A stretch of 64,000 nucleotides of DNA from Deinococcus grandis (lineage in GTDB: Bacteria > Deinococcota > Deinococci > Deinococcales > Deinococcaceae): positions 88,426-152,425 of the forward strand of contig NZ_BCMS01000002.1 in assembly GCF_001485435.1 (NCBI RefSeq), given 5' to 3'. The position numbers and the translations under genes were made by a program. The notes under the pieces were generated by a model. It did not search any database, was not told the DNA's origin, and was given only the letters and a program-made list of their open reading frames with translations. Below are positions 1 to 8,945 of the stretch, piece by piece (within the stretch, counting starts at the first letter, position 1; every line of letters starts with the position of its first letter).

Positions 1-62
1 GGTCGGTGTCCGCCTCGAACGGCGTGGCCTGCCCGTGGCGGATCAGGCGCAGTTCACTCACG
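1..62 (-). CDS. Histidine phosphatase (phosphoglycerate mutase family) protein, N-terminal fragment running off the window start
   Basis: Reverse complement of 1-62 reads GTG-SELRLIRHGQATPFEADTD; 'RHG' is the catalytic motif of the histidine phosphatase superfamily. The GTG start overlaps the stop of the downstream phosphotransferase (GTGAGTGA). Confidence 0.35.
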
Positions 63-1148
63 CGCGTCCTGCGTCCGGATCAGCTCCCAGGCGCGGCGCA
101 TCAGCCACGCGGCCTGCTTGGCCAGCGGCGCGAACCGCGGATCCTGCGTCTGCCCCAGGCGGTAGCGCGCGAAGATCTGAATGACGATCACCGCGAGCTT
201 GAAGTGCCCCAGCACCTCGAACCACGGCAGGGCGTCCGCCACGCGCCGCCCGCTGCGGGCCTCGTAGCGGGCCACGAGCGCGTCGCGGTCCGGGAAGCCC
301 GGCGCGGCCGCCCCGACGCGGTTGGGCGCGCCGCCGGGCAGTTCCGGCATCGTCCAGTACGTCAGGGTCAGGCCCAGGTCCACCAGCGGGTCGCCCAGCG
401 TGGTCATCTCCCAGTCCAGCAGCGCCACCACGCGGCCCGGGTCACGGGGGTCGAGCATCAGGTTGTCCAGCTTGAAGTCGTTGTGCACCAGCGCATGCGC
501 CGTCTCATTGGGCGTGTGCGCCTCCAGCCACGCGATCACCAGTTCGTCGCGCAGCTCGGCGGGCGGGGGCAGGTCCCCGGTGTCTTTCAGCGCTTCGCGC
601 GCGCGGCGCCAGCGGCCCGCCCAGCCGTCCACCTGACGGCGGTTGAAGCCCTCGGGTTTCCCCAGGTCGCGCAGGCCCGCCGCGTCGATATCCACCGCGT
701 GCAGGTCGGCCAGCGTGTCGATCAAGGCTGCGCCCAGCCGCTCCGGGGCGCCGGGCAGCTCGCGGTACTCGGGCGGGAGGCTGGTCCGCACGACCGTCCC
801 GCGCCGCCGCTCCATCAGGTAGAACGGGCTGCCGATCACGCCCGCGTCCTCCACGACCAGCAGCGGCTCCGGGGCCACCGGCAGCACCGGATGGATGCGC
901 GAGAGCAGGTTCGCCTCGCGGGTCATGTCGTGCGCGCCCTTCGGGAGTGGCCCCAGCGGCGCGCGGCGCAGCACGTACTCCTGCTCGCCCAGCCGCAGCA
1001 GGTAAGTGAGGTTCGAGAAGCCGCCGGGGAACTGCAACACCTCCAGTGCGTCCACGTCGCCGGGCACCCGGCCCCGCAGAGCCTCCCGCAGCGCCTCCAG
1101 TGGCAGTTCCTCGCCGGGGCGGACAGGCGCGGCGTCCGGCGCGGTCAA
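54..1148 (-). CDS. Phosphotransferase-family kinase (APH-like; ACAD10/11 or LvaA-type kinase domain)
   Basis: ORF 54..1418 minus. The conserved phosphotransferase core (GGFSNLTYLL..., HNDFKLDNLML, VALLDWEMTTLGDP) begins about aa 95, and the N-terminal 90 aa of the ORF is low-complexity. The likely TTG start at 1148 overlaps the TGA of the upstream SDR. Confidence 0.7.
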   Translation of the reverse strand: MTAPDAAPVRPGEELPLEALREALRGRVPGDVDALEVLQFPGGFSNLTYLLRLGEQEYVLRRAPLGPLPKGAHDMTREANLLSRIHPVLPVAPEPLLVVEDAGVIGSPFYLMERRRGTVVRTSLPPEYRELPGAPERLGAALIDTLADLHAVDIDAAGLRDLGKPEGFNRRQVDGWAGRWRRAREALKDTGDLPPPAELRDELVIAWLEAHTPNETAHALVHNDFKLDNLMLDPRDPGRVVALLDWEMTTLGDPLVDLGLTLTYWTMPELPGGAPNRVGAAAPGFPDRDALVARYEARSGRRVADALPWFEVLGHFKLAVIVIQIFARYRLGQTQDPRFAPLAKQAAWLMRRAWELIRTQDARE

Positions 1149-1945
1149 CGGCTCGCCTCCCCCGCCTCTGCCCCGCCTTGCTGGACGTGCAGCAGCGCCA
1201 TGGCCTTGCCGCGCAGGTGTCGCATCTTCCCGATCCAGCCGTCGTAATCGGCGGCCTTGAGCTGAAATCCTTTCAGGGTGCTGGGGTGCGTGGTGATCAG
1301 GAACCCGCCTTCGCGCAGCACCTCCAGCGTCCTCGCGACCAGTTCGTCCGTCGTGATGGCCGTCTGCTGCAGCAGCGGCGCGTTCTGGATCATGGGCGTC
1401 CAGACACCTTCCGGGCACAGCGCGGCGACCTTGATGCCCCGGTCACCGTACGTGATGCTCAGCCACTCCGCGAACGCCAGCGCCGCGTGCTTGGTCACGG
1501 CGTACGGCGCGGAGTGCAGTTCCGTCAGCAGGCCCGCCGCCGACGCGGTGTTCAGCAGATACCCGTCGCCGCGTTCGAGCATGTGCGGCAGCACGTGCCG
1601 GGCCGCCCAGACGTGACTCATCACGTTCACGCGCTGGATCAGGTCCCACACGCGGTCCGGGGTGTCCGGCCCCTCGCCCACCGCGATGCCCGCGTTCGAG
1701 CAGAAGAGGTCGATACGGCCTTCATGCGCCAGCACGTCGTCGATCAGGCTCTTCACGCCCGCCTCCTGGCCCACGTCCGCCGGGATGAAGCGCGCGCCGA
1801 TCGCGGCCGCCTCCTGCGCGCCCAGCTCCGCGTTGCGGTCCGACGCCACCACCGTCGCGCCCTCCTGCACGAACGCCGCCGCCAGCGCCTTCCCGATCCC
1901 CGACGCCGCGCCCGTCACCACGATCACCTTGCGTTCAAACTCCAT
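1145..1945 (-). CDS. Short-chain dehydrogenase/reductase (SDR)
   Basis: MEFERKVIVVTGAASGIGKA is a Rossmann TGxxxGIG motif, and there is an SDR catalytic region. The ATG is at 1945 (internal Met33 of ORF 1145..2041). Confidence 0.8.
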   Translation of the reverse strand: MEFERKVIVVTGAASGIGKALAAAFVQEGATVVASDRNAELGAQEAAAIGARFIPADVGQEAGVKSLIDDVLAHEGRIDLFCSNAGIAVGEGPDTPDRVWDLIQRVNVMSHVWAARHVLPHMLERGDGYLLNTASAAGLLTELHSAPYAVTKHAALAFAEWLSITYGDRGIKVAALCPEGVWTPMIQNAPLLQQTAITTDELVARTLEVLREGGFLITTHPSTLKGFQLKAADYDGWIGKMRHLRGKAMALLHVQQGGAEAGEASR

Positions 1946-1946
1946 G

Positions 1947-2741
1947 TCAGCCCTCCAGTGAATCCGGGAACGCGTGGCCCCCGGCAAGTTGTTCGGTCGT
2001 CTGCCGCGACAGGGCCCGCACGCGGCCCAGCCAGCGGTCATGCGAATTCGCGCGCGCCTGGAACGCCCGTACGGTCATCGGATGCGTCGTGATCAGGAAC
2101 TGCCCCGACAGCAGGCCATTCACGGCCGCCTCCGCGACCTCCTCGGGCGTGATCGCCCCGGCCTGCAGGTGCGGCGCGCCCGCGATCAGGGGCGTCTGCA
2201 CCCACTCCGGGCACAGCGCCGCCACGCCGATCCCCCGTTCGCCATACGTGATTGCCAGCCACTCCGCGAAGGCCAGCGCCTCATGCTTCGTCACCGCGTA
2301 CGGCGCGGAATGCACCTCGGTCAGCAGGCCCGCCGCCGACACCGTCTGCAGCAGCGTGCCGCTCCCGCGCGCGAGCATGTGCGGCAGGACGTGCCGCGCG
2401 CCCCACACGTGACTCAGGACATTCACGCGCCACGACACGTCCCACAGCGCGTCGTCCGGCTCCAGGCCGTTCCCGACCGCCAGACCCGCGTTCGAGCACA
2501 GCAGGTCGACGCGGCCCTCGCGCGCCAGCACGTCGTCGATCAGGGCCTTCACCCCGGCCTCCTGCCCCACGTCAGCGGGCACGAACCGCGCACCGATCGC
2601 CGCCGCCTCACGCGCCCCGGCCTCCGCGTTCCGGTCGGACGCCACCACGACCGCGCCCTCCTGCACCAGACGCGCCGCCAGCGCCCGACCGATCCCGGAC
2701 GCCGACCCCGTCACCACCGCCACCGCCTGATTCAAGTCCAT
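1947..2741 (-). CDS. Short-chain dehydrogenase/reductase, tandem paralog of the preceding SDR
   Basis: MDLNQAVAVVTGSASGIGRA; about 70% identical to the neighbouring SDR over its full length. ATG at 2741 (Met14 of ORF 1947..2780), 1-nt gap to the next gene. Confidence 0.8.
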   Translation of the reverse strand: MDLNQAVAVVTGSASGIGRALAARLVQEGAVVVASDRNAEAGAREAAAIGARFVPADVGQEAGVKALIDDVLAREGRVDLLCSNAGLAVGNGLEPDDALWDVSWRVNVLSHVWGARHVLPHMLARGSGTLLQTVSAAGLLTEVHSAPYAVTKHEALAFAEWLAITYGERGIGVAALCPEWVQTPLIAGAPHLQAGAITPEEVAEAAVNGLLSGQFLITTHPMTVRAFQARANSHDRWLGRVRALSRQTTEQLAGGHAFPDSLEG

Positions 2742-2757
2742 GTGTACGCTCCTCGGT

Positions 2758-3156
2758 TCATCCCTCGGCCATCGGCACAACGAGTTGAGCCAGTCGAACC
2801 TCGACCTCGCGCGGATCGCTCAGTCTGCCCTGCGCCGTGTCCAGCACCAGGGTGAAGACGTCATCGTCTGAACCGCCCAGCAGCCAACCATTCATCGCCA
2901 GGAAGGTGTACGCCGCTGCGTACGCGGTGCGTTTGTTCCCGTCGACGAAGGCGTGATTGCGGGACAGGAAGTACAGGTACGCGGCCGCCTTGTCGGTCAG
3001 GCCGGGGTACAGTTCGACCCCGAACGCTTCCATCGCCGGTTGAGCGACCGCCGAGGCCAGCGCGCCCGCGTCCCGCAGGCCGGGCGTCCCGCCGAAATCG
3101 GCCAGTGCCTCGTCATGCAGGTCGGTGACGTCCTCCACCCTCAGATATGTCGTCAC
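2758..3156 (-). CDS. doc: Doc (death-on-curing) / Fic-family toxin
   Basis: Fic/Doc motif HAFVDGNKRTA (HxFx[DE]GNKR). 132 aa. The GTG start overlaps the antitoxin stop (GTGA). Local GC is lower than in the flanks. Confidence 0.8.
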   Translation of the reverse strand: MTTYLRVEDVTDLHDEALADFGGTPGLRDAGALASAVAQPAMEAFGVELYPGLTDKAAAYLYFLSRNHAFVDGNKRTAYAAAYTFLAMNGWLLGGSDDDVFTLVLDTAQGRLSDPREVEVRLAQLVVPMAEG

Positions 3157-3368
3157 GCGTCACTCAATCGGGCCAGCAGCGCACGTTTCTCGGTCAGCAG
3201 CTTCGCCTTCGCCTCCTGAAAGAACAGCCCCCGGGCGGCGGGTTTGATGATCAGGCCGCCAGCGGACGGTTCGATCTCGATCTCGTCGCCGAATCCGTAC
3301 AGTTCAAGGAGTTCCTTCGGGATGATCAGCGCCCTGGAGTTGCCGATGGTCGTGAGCTTCTTTCGCAT
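3153..3368 (-). CDS. phd: Phd / AbrB-MazE-type antitoxin (SpoVT/AbrB-like DNA-binding domain)
   Basis: 71 aa, MRKKLTTIGNSRALIIPKELLE is the swapped-hairpin AbrB/MazE fold signature. It lies upstream of Doc and overlaps it by 4 nt. Alternative TTG start at 3374. Confidence 0.7.
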   Translation of the reverse strand: MRKKLTTIGNSRALIIPKELLELYGFGDEIEIEPSAGGLIIKPAARGLFFQEAKAKLLTEKRALLARLSDA

Positions 3369-3374
3369 GATCAA

Positions 3375-3391
3375 TTATAACGGCGTTATAA
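3375..3391 (-). promoter_or_regulatory. Palindromic operator/promoter of the Phd-Doc cassette (TTATAACGGCGTTATAA)
   Basis: 17-bp inverted repeat TTATAAC-GGC-GTTATAA immediately upstream of the antitoxin ATG. On the coding strand TTATAAT sits 6 nt before the ATG, indicating a leaderless promoter overlapping the autoregulation site. Confidence 0.5.
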
Positions 3392-3393
3392 TC

Positions 3394-4629
3394 TCAGCGG
3401 CGTCCGCTGACGCCGTGGCGGCGCAGTTCTTCCTTGGCGACCGTCTCGGCGTGCACGATGTCCGGGCCGTCCGCGAGGCGCAGGGTGCGCGCCTGGGCGT
3501 ACATCATCGCCAGGGGCGTGTCCTGGCTGACGCCCGCCCCGCCGAACACCTGGATGGCGCGGTCGATGACGCGCAGCGCGACGTTCGGCGCGACGACCTT
3601 GATCGCCGCGATCGGCCCGCGCGCCTCCTTGTTGCCGACGGTGTCCATCATGTGCGCGGCGTGCAGGGTCAGGAGTCGGGCCTGGTCGATCTCCATGCGG
3701 CTCGCGGCGATGGCCTCGCGGACGTGCTGGTGCCCGGTGAGGGGCTTGCCGAAGGCGGTGCGGGACGCGGCGCGCTGCACCATGAGGTCCAGGGCGCGTT
3801 CGGCCTGCCCGATCAGGCGCATGCAGTGGTGGATGCGGCCCGGCCCGAGGCGGCCCTGAGCGATCTCGAAGCCGCGCCCCTCGCCGAGCAGGAGGTTCGC
3901 GGCGGGCACGCGCACGTCCCGGAACGTCATCTGCGCGTGGCCGTGCGGCGCGTCGTCGTACCCGAACACGGTCAGCATGCGTTCCTTCGTGACGCCCGGC
4001 GCGTCCAGGGGAACGAGGATCATGCTCTGCTGGCGGTGCCGTTCGGCGTTCGGGTCAGTTTTGCCCATGAAGATGCTGATCTTGCAGCGGGGATCCCCCG
4101 CGCCGCTCGTCCACCACTTGTCGCCGTTCACGACGTACTCGTCCCCGTCGCGGGTGATGCTGGACTGGATGTTCGTCGCGTCGCTTGAGGCGACGTCGGG
4201 TTCGGTCATGGAGAACGCGCTGCGGATCTCGCCGTTCAGCAGCGGGATCAGCCACTGCTCCTGCTGCTCGGGCGTGCCGTAACGGGCCAGGACCTCCATG
4301 TTCCCGGTGTCGGGCGCGGAGCAGTTGAACACCTCGGGTGCCCACCACACGCGGCCCATGACCTCGCACAGGCCCGCGTACTCCAGGTTCGACAGGCCCG
4401 GCCCGAACGTGCCGTCCGGATCACTGGCGGGCGGCAGGAACAGGTTCCACAGGCCCTCGGCGCGCGCTTTGGGCTTCAGCTCGTCGATGATCGGGAGGTG
4501 CTCCCAGCGGTTCCCCGCGTCGATCTGCCGGGCGACCTCGGCCTCGTTGGGGTAGATGTGGGCGTCCATGAACGCGGTGAGGCGCGCGTGCAGGTCACGG
4601 GCGCGGGGGGACACGTCGAACATCGTCAT
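3394..4629 (-). CDS. Acyl-CoA dehydrogenase family protein
   Basis: 411 aa with ACAD N-terminal, middle and C-terminal signatures (e.g. [23 protein letters not shown]). The start overlaps the upstream ORF (ATGA). Confidence 0.85.
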   Translation of the reverse strand: MTMFDVSPRARDLHARLTAFMDAHIYPNEAEVARQIDAGNRWEHLPIIDELKPKARAEGLWNLFLPPASDPDGTFGPGLSNLEYAGLCEVMGRVWWAPEVFNCSAPDTGNMEVLARYGTPEQQEQWLIPLLNGEIRSAFSMTEPDVASSDATNIQSSITRDGDEYVVNGDKWWTSGAGDPRCKISIFMGKTDPNAERHRQQSMILVPLDAPGVTKERMLTVFGYDDAPHGHAQMTFRDVRVPAANLLLGEGRGFEIAQGRLGPGRIHHCMRLIGQAERALDLMVQRAASRTAFGKPLTGHQHVREAIAASRMEIDQARLLTLHAAHMMDTVGNKEARGPIAAIKVVAPNVALRVIDRAIQVFGGAGVSQDTPLAMMYAQARTLRLADGPDIVHAETVAKEELRRHGVSGRR

Positions 4630-4976
4630 AGGGGGACCTCCTCGGGGGTCAGGGGGCGGAAGCTGGCCTCGTCACCGTCGATGCCCAGCAGGAAGTCTCG
4701 GTAGCCCCGCCCGGACTCGCCGCGCAGGATCAGGCCCAGCGACATCAGACCGTCCAGGACCGCCTCGGCGCGCTCCAGCAGCTCCGGGTCGGGGTCCTCG
4801 GCGAGTTGCCGGGCCAGCCGGGCGTCCTCGTCGAACAGTGGGCGGTACGGGTCGAAGGCGGGCGAGGCGACGAAGGTGCCCGCCACGGCGAACATCTCCG
4901 TGTCGGTGACGGTCAGGGTGCCGAGCACCTCGCCCGTCGTGGGGCGTTCCAGGGTGTAGCGGCTGCCGATCTTCAT
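4626..4976 (-). CDS. Hypothetical small protein (116 aa) translationally coupled between the thioesterase and the ACAD
   Basis: ATGA overlaps at both ends place it in the operon. No recognisable motif. Its position and size resemble the small LvaB-type partner of the kinase in 4-hydroxyacid operons (inference). Confidence 0.45.
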   Translation of the reverse strand: MKIGSRYTLERPTTGEVLGTLTVTDTEMFAVAGTFVASPAFDPYRPLFDEDARLARQLAEDPDPELLERAEAVLDGLMSLGLILRGESGRGYRDFLLGIDGDEASFRPLTPEEVPL

Positions 4977-5398
4977 GGCACGTCCGCGCGGACGATGGTG
5001 CCCAGCGCCGTGGCAACGAGTTTCTCCTGGCCGTCCTGCGCGGCGTAGAGGTCGCAGCGGGTCACAGCCTGCCGTTTCCCGGCGCTCAGGACGCTGCCGC
5101 GCCCGATCAGGGTGTCGCCCTGCGCGGGCCGCAGAAAGTTGATCTTGAACTCGCTCGTCAGGACGCTGGGACCCAGCGCGGCGGCCCCCATGAACGTCAG
5201 GGTGATATCCGCCAGGGTCGCCTGGAGGCCACCGTGCGCGAAGCCGTGATGCTGCGTCAGGTCGGGCCGCAGCGCGAGGCTCACCTCGACCCCTTCGGGC
5301 GTGAAGCGGGTCGCGCGGGCGCCCACGAGGGTGCTGAACGGCTGGGCGTCCAGCACACCCTGCGCCATGGCGAGCATGTCGGCGGGGGCAGTCGTCAC
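4973..5398 (-). CDS. PaaI/YbgC-like hotdog-fold thioesterase
   Basis: 141 aa, HGG motif (FAHGGLQATLADI) typical of PaaI-family thioesterases. Confidence 0.75.
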   Translation of the reverse strand: MTTAPADMLAMAQGVLDAQPFSTLVGARATRFTPEGVEVSLALRPDLTQHHGFAHGGLQATLADITLTFMGAAALGPSVLTSEFKINFLRPAQGDTLIGRGSVLSAGKRQAVTRCDLYAAQDGQEKLVATALGTIVRADVP

Positions 5399-5858
5399 AG
5401 GTACACCCGGAAGACGCTCTCGGCGGTGCAGGCGGGCTTGTCGGCCCCTTCGATCTCGATGGTGTTGGCGACCGTGATCTGCACGAACCCCTGGCCCGGC
5501 TCGGCGGACTGGAGGACGGCGCGGTTGCGCAGGCGTGACCCGGCGCGGACGGGCGTGATGAAGCGCACGCGGTTCAGGCCGTAGTTGACAGTCAGGCGCG
5601 CGCCGTCGATGTGTGGGGCACCGCCGTGGGTCATGAACTCCCCGGCCAGCAGCGACAGGGTCAGGAAGCCGTGGGCGATGGTGCCGCCGAACGGTCCCTG
5701 CGCGGCCTTCTCCTGGTCCACGTGAATGAACTGGTGGTCGCCGGTGGCGTGCGCGAAGGCGTCGATGCGGGTCTGGTCGACGGTGATCCAGTCGGACAGC
5801 GCGACTTCCTGCCCGACGTGCGCGGCCAGCTCGTCAGGCCGGATTCCGGCGGGCGCGG

Positions 5859-5862
<4 letters not shown>
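5395..5862 (-). CDS. MaoC-like (R)-specific enoyl-CoA hydratase/dehydratase
   Basis: 155 aa, MaoC dehydratase hotdog signature (DHQFIHVDQEKAAQGPFGGTIAHG). Confidence 0.8.
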
Positions 5863-6635
<773 letters not shown>

Positions 6636-6649
6636 GCGGGGTGAACCTC

Positions 6650-6712
6650 CGGGTGAGGGGACGTGCGGGGGGGGTTGAGGCCACCAGCATAGGCAGAAAT
6701 GTACGTGAACGT
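6650..6712 (-). promoter_or_regulatory. Candidate sigma70-type promoter and leader of the catabolic operon
   Basis: On the minus strand: TTGACG, 18 bp, TATGCT, then a leader containing a C8 tract and GGAGGT. Upstream is an imperfect repeat region TGAACGTCAA-TT-TTGAACGCGA, a possible operator. Confidence 0.3.
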
Positions 6713-6765
6713 CAATTTTGAACGCGAACGGACGCTGTGGGCGGGAGCGGTGTCACGGCCGGGGG

Positions 6766-7560
6766 TCAGGGCCGCCAGTCCAGCGTCGCCTCACGCGCGG
6801 CCCGCAGGCCCGCCACGTCCAGTTCCGCCCGCAGGCGGTAGCGTCCCGCCGGGAGGCCGTCCAGCACCGGCAGGAACGGCGCGGCGAGCAAGACCTCGCC
6901 CGGCCACAGGATGACTGGCGGACCGCCCGCGCACGCCTCGTCGTCCCGCAGGACCGTCACGTCCCGCCCCCGCGCATCCAGCACCCGCAACCGCACCACG
7001 AAGCAGTCCCAGTCGAGACGCAGCGGCCAGCGTCCGGTGTTCACGACGCGCACGTCGGCCGCCAGTGCCCCCCGCGCCGGGGAGGTGGGGCGCACGAAGA
7101 CACTCAAGCGGGACTCGCGGGCCACCTCCCCGGCCGTGACCGTGACCCCGTCCGGACCGACCGCCGCTGACCCGGGCGACACCACCACCCGGTTCAGGAG
7201 GGGGTCGAGCCGCCCAGCGCCGTTCAGAGTGCGCTGGGCGTCCAGCAGCCGCTCCAGCGTGAACGCCGCCGGACGGACCTGGGTGACACCGGTCCGCGCG
7301 GCCTCGCGGGCCTCCCCACCTAGAGCCCCGCCCAGCGCGTCGGCCAGGGCACGCACGGGGGGCTGCCCCGGCCCGGCCCACAGCAGCGTCAGGCGCAGGC
7401 GGCCCGCGTGCACGTCCACGGCCGCGCCTGCGAACCCCGGAAAGCGGGACGCGAGGGCCGCCCAGTCCGGCGGCACGTCACTCCGGGCCTGCGCGCCCGG
7501 GTCAGTCGGGAGACACAGGCCGGTCAGGAGGATCAGGGCGTGCAGACGTCGCATGGTCAC
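6766..7560 (-). CDS. Secreted hypothetical protein with an N-terminal signal peptide
   Basis: MTMRRLHALILLTGLCLP is a signal-like N-terminus. No known motif. Confidence 0.5.
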   Translation of the reverse strand: MTMRRLHALILLTGLCLPTDPGAQARSDVPPDWAALASRFPGFAGAAVDVHAGRLRLTLLWAGPGQPPVRALADALGGALGGEAREAARTGVTQVRPAAFTLERLLDAQRTLNGAGRLDPLLNRVVVSPGSAAVGPDGVTVTAGEVARESRLSVFVRPTSPARGALAADVRVVNTGRWPLRLDWDCFVVRLRVLDARGRDVTVLRDDEACAGGPPVILWPGEVLLAAPFLPVLDGLPAGRYRLRAELDVAGLRAAREATLDWRP

Positions 7561-7751
7561 AGTGTCTCCGATCCGGCGTCCGGGGAAGTGCAGAGGTGCC
7601 CAGACCCGGCGCTCTGTTCTCTGTCAGAAGTCCCGCTCCGTGGACCGCATCCAAGGTTAAGGCATCTCTCATTTCGCGTCCCAGACGACTTTCCACCTGC
7701 ATACCACCTCGTGAAAGCTCCCGGTGATGACCGGCGCGGCAGCATGAACAC

Positions 7752-8945
7752 GTGAACGGACGCCGTGAATCCACGCAGGGCCTGCTGACGGTGGCGGCCA
7801 TTCTGCTCAGCAGCGCGCTGAACTACGCGTTCACGCTGCTGCTGGGCCGCTGGCTGGACGCCGCGCAGTACGGGGCGTTCGCGTCGTTCACGTCGCTGTT
7901 CATGCTGTCGGCGGCGCTGCCGATCGCGTTCCAGCAGGCCACGTCCCGCCGCGCGCAGGGCGCGAACACCGCCGCGGCGCTGCGCGCCGGTGGGCTACTG
8001 GGCGCGGCGCTGCTGCTGCTCTCGCCACTGGCGGGCCTGCTGGGGTTGCAGCCCGCGTGGGTGGCCGCGTTCGCGCTGACCGTGCCACCGCTGGCGCTGC
8101 TGGGCGCGTGGCGCGGCGCGGCCCAGCGGGACGGCCGGGCCGCCGCGTTCGGCCTGAGCCTGCTGGCCGAGCACGGCCTGAAGATCGCGCTGACGGCGCC
8201 GCTGCTGCTGGTCCTGCCGGGCGCGGCGGCGGCGGTCGCGGCGACACTGCTGGGCATGCTGCTGGCGCTGCCGCTGGTCCGGCCCCGCCCGGCCCCTGGC
8301 GCGGCGGCCCCGGCCGCGGGGGCGGAAGGCAAGCGGCTGCTGGCGCTGGTCGCCGCCGCGCAGAGCGGGCTGCTGTACGGGGACGTGCTGCTGGCCGGGG
8401 CGCTGCTCGCCCCCGGTGACGCCGGGGCGTTCGCGGCGGCGGCGACCCTGGCGCGCGTGGTGTTCTTCGCCGGGTGGGCGGTGCAGGTCGCGGCGTTCCC
8501 GCTCGTGGCCCGCCGCGCCGCCGCCGGGGAGCCGCTGCGGCCCCTGCTGCTGGGTGCGCTGGGCGCGACGCTGCTCGTGGCGGGCGTCCCGGCGGCGCTG
8601 CTGGCGCTCGCGCCGGAGCTGTGCGCCCGCGTGGCGTTCGGCGGGGCGCTGCCGGGCGCGGCGGCGCTGCTGCCCGGCGCGGCGCTGGGCACCCTGGCGC
8701 TGACGGTGGCGGGCACGGCGCTCAATCATCTGCTCGCGTCGGGCGGGCGCGGCGCGCAGCTGCTGGCGGCGCGGGCGTACCTGCTGTCCGGCGCGGCGCT
8801 GATGCTGCTGGCCCTGGCGTCCGGTCATCAGGCCGCGCATCTGACGTTTCTCGCGGCGGTCGGCAAGGGTACGCTCCTGCTGAGCGCCGCGTCTCTCCTC
8901 ATCCCTCACCCCTGGAGGTTCACCCGTGTCGTACCCCGCGTTTGA
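7752..8945 (+). CDS. Polysaccharide biosynthesis / oligosaccharide flippase-like polytopic membrane protein (Wzx/MOP-type)
   Basis: 397 aa, about 12 hydrophobic segments, Ala/Leu-rich. GTG start. It overlaps the downstream glycosyltransferase by 20 nt. Confidence 0.55.
   Translation: MNGRRESTQGLLTVAAILLSSALNYAFTLLLGRWLDAAQYGAFASFTSLFMLSAALPIAFQQATSRRAQGANTAAALRAGGLLGAALLLLSPLAGLLGLQPAWVAAFALTVPPLALLGAWRGAAQRDGRAAAFGLSLLAEHGLKIALTAPLLLVLPGAAAAVAATLLGMLLALPLVRPRPAPGAAAPAAGAEGKRLLALVAAAQSGLLYGDVLLAGALLAPGDAGAFAAAATLARVVFFAGWAVQVAAFPLVARRAAAGEPLRPLLLGALGATLLVAGVPAALLALAPELCARVAFGGALPGAAALLPGAALGTLALTVAGTALNHLLASGGRGAQLLAARAYLLSGAALMLLALASGHQAAHLTFLAAVGKGTLLLSAASLLIPHPWRFTRVVPRV

Noticed and set aside
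3375-3391. TTATAACGGCGTTATAA as a Deinococcus radiation/desiccation response motif (RDRM, DdrO box).
   Set aside because: It does not fit the RDRM consensus (TTMYGY...RCRKAA) beyond the terminal TTA/TAA. Its position directly on the antitoxin promoter points to TA autoregulation instead.
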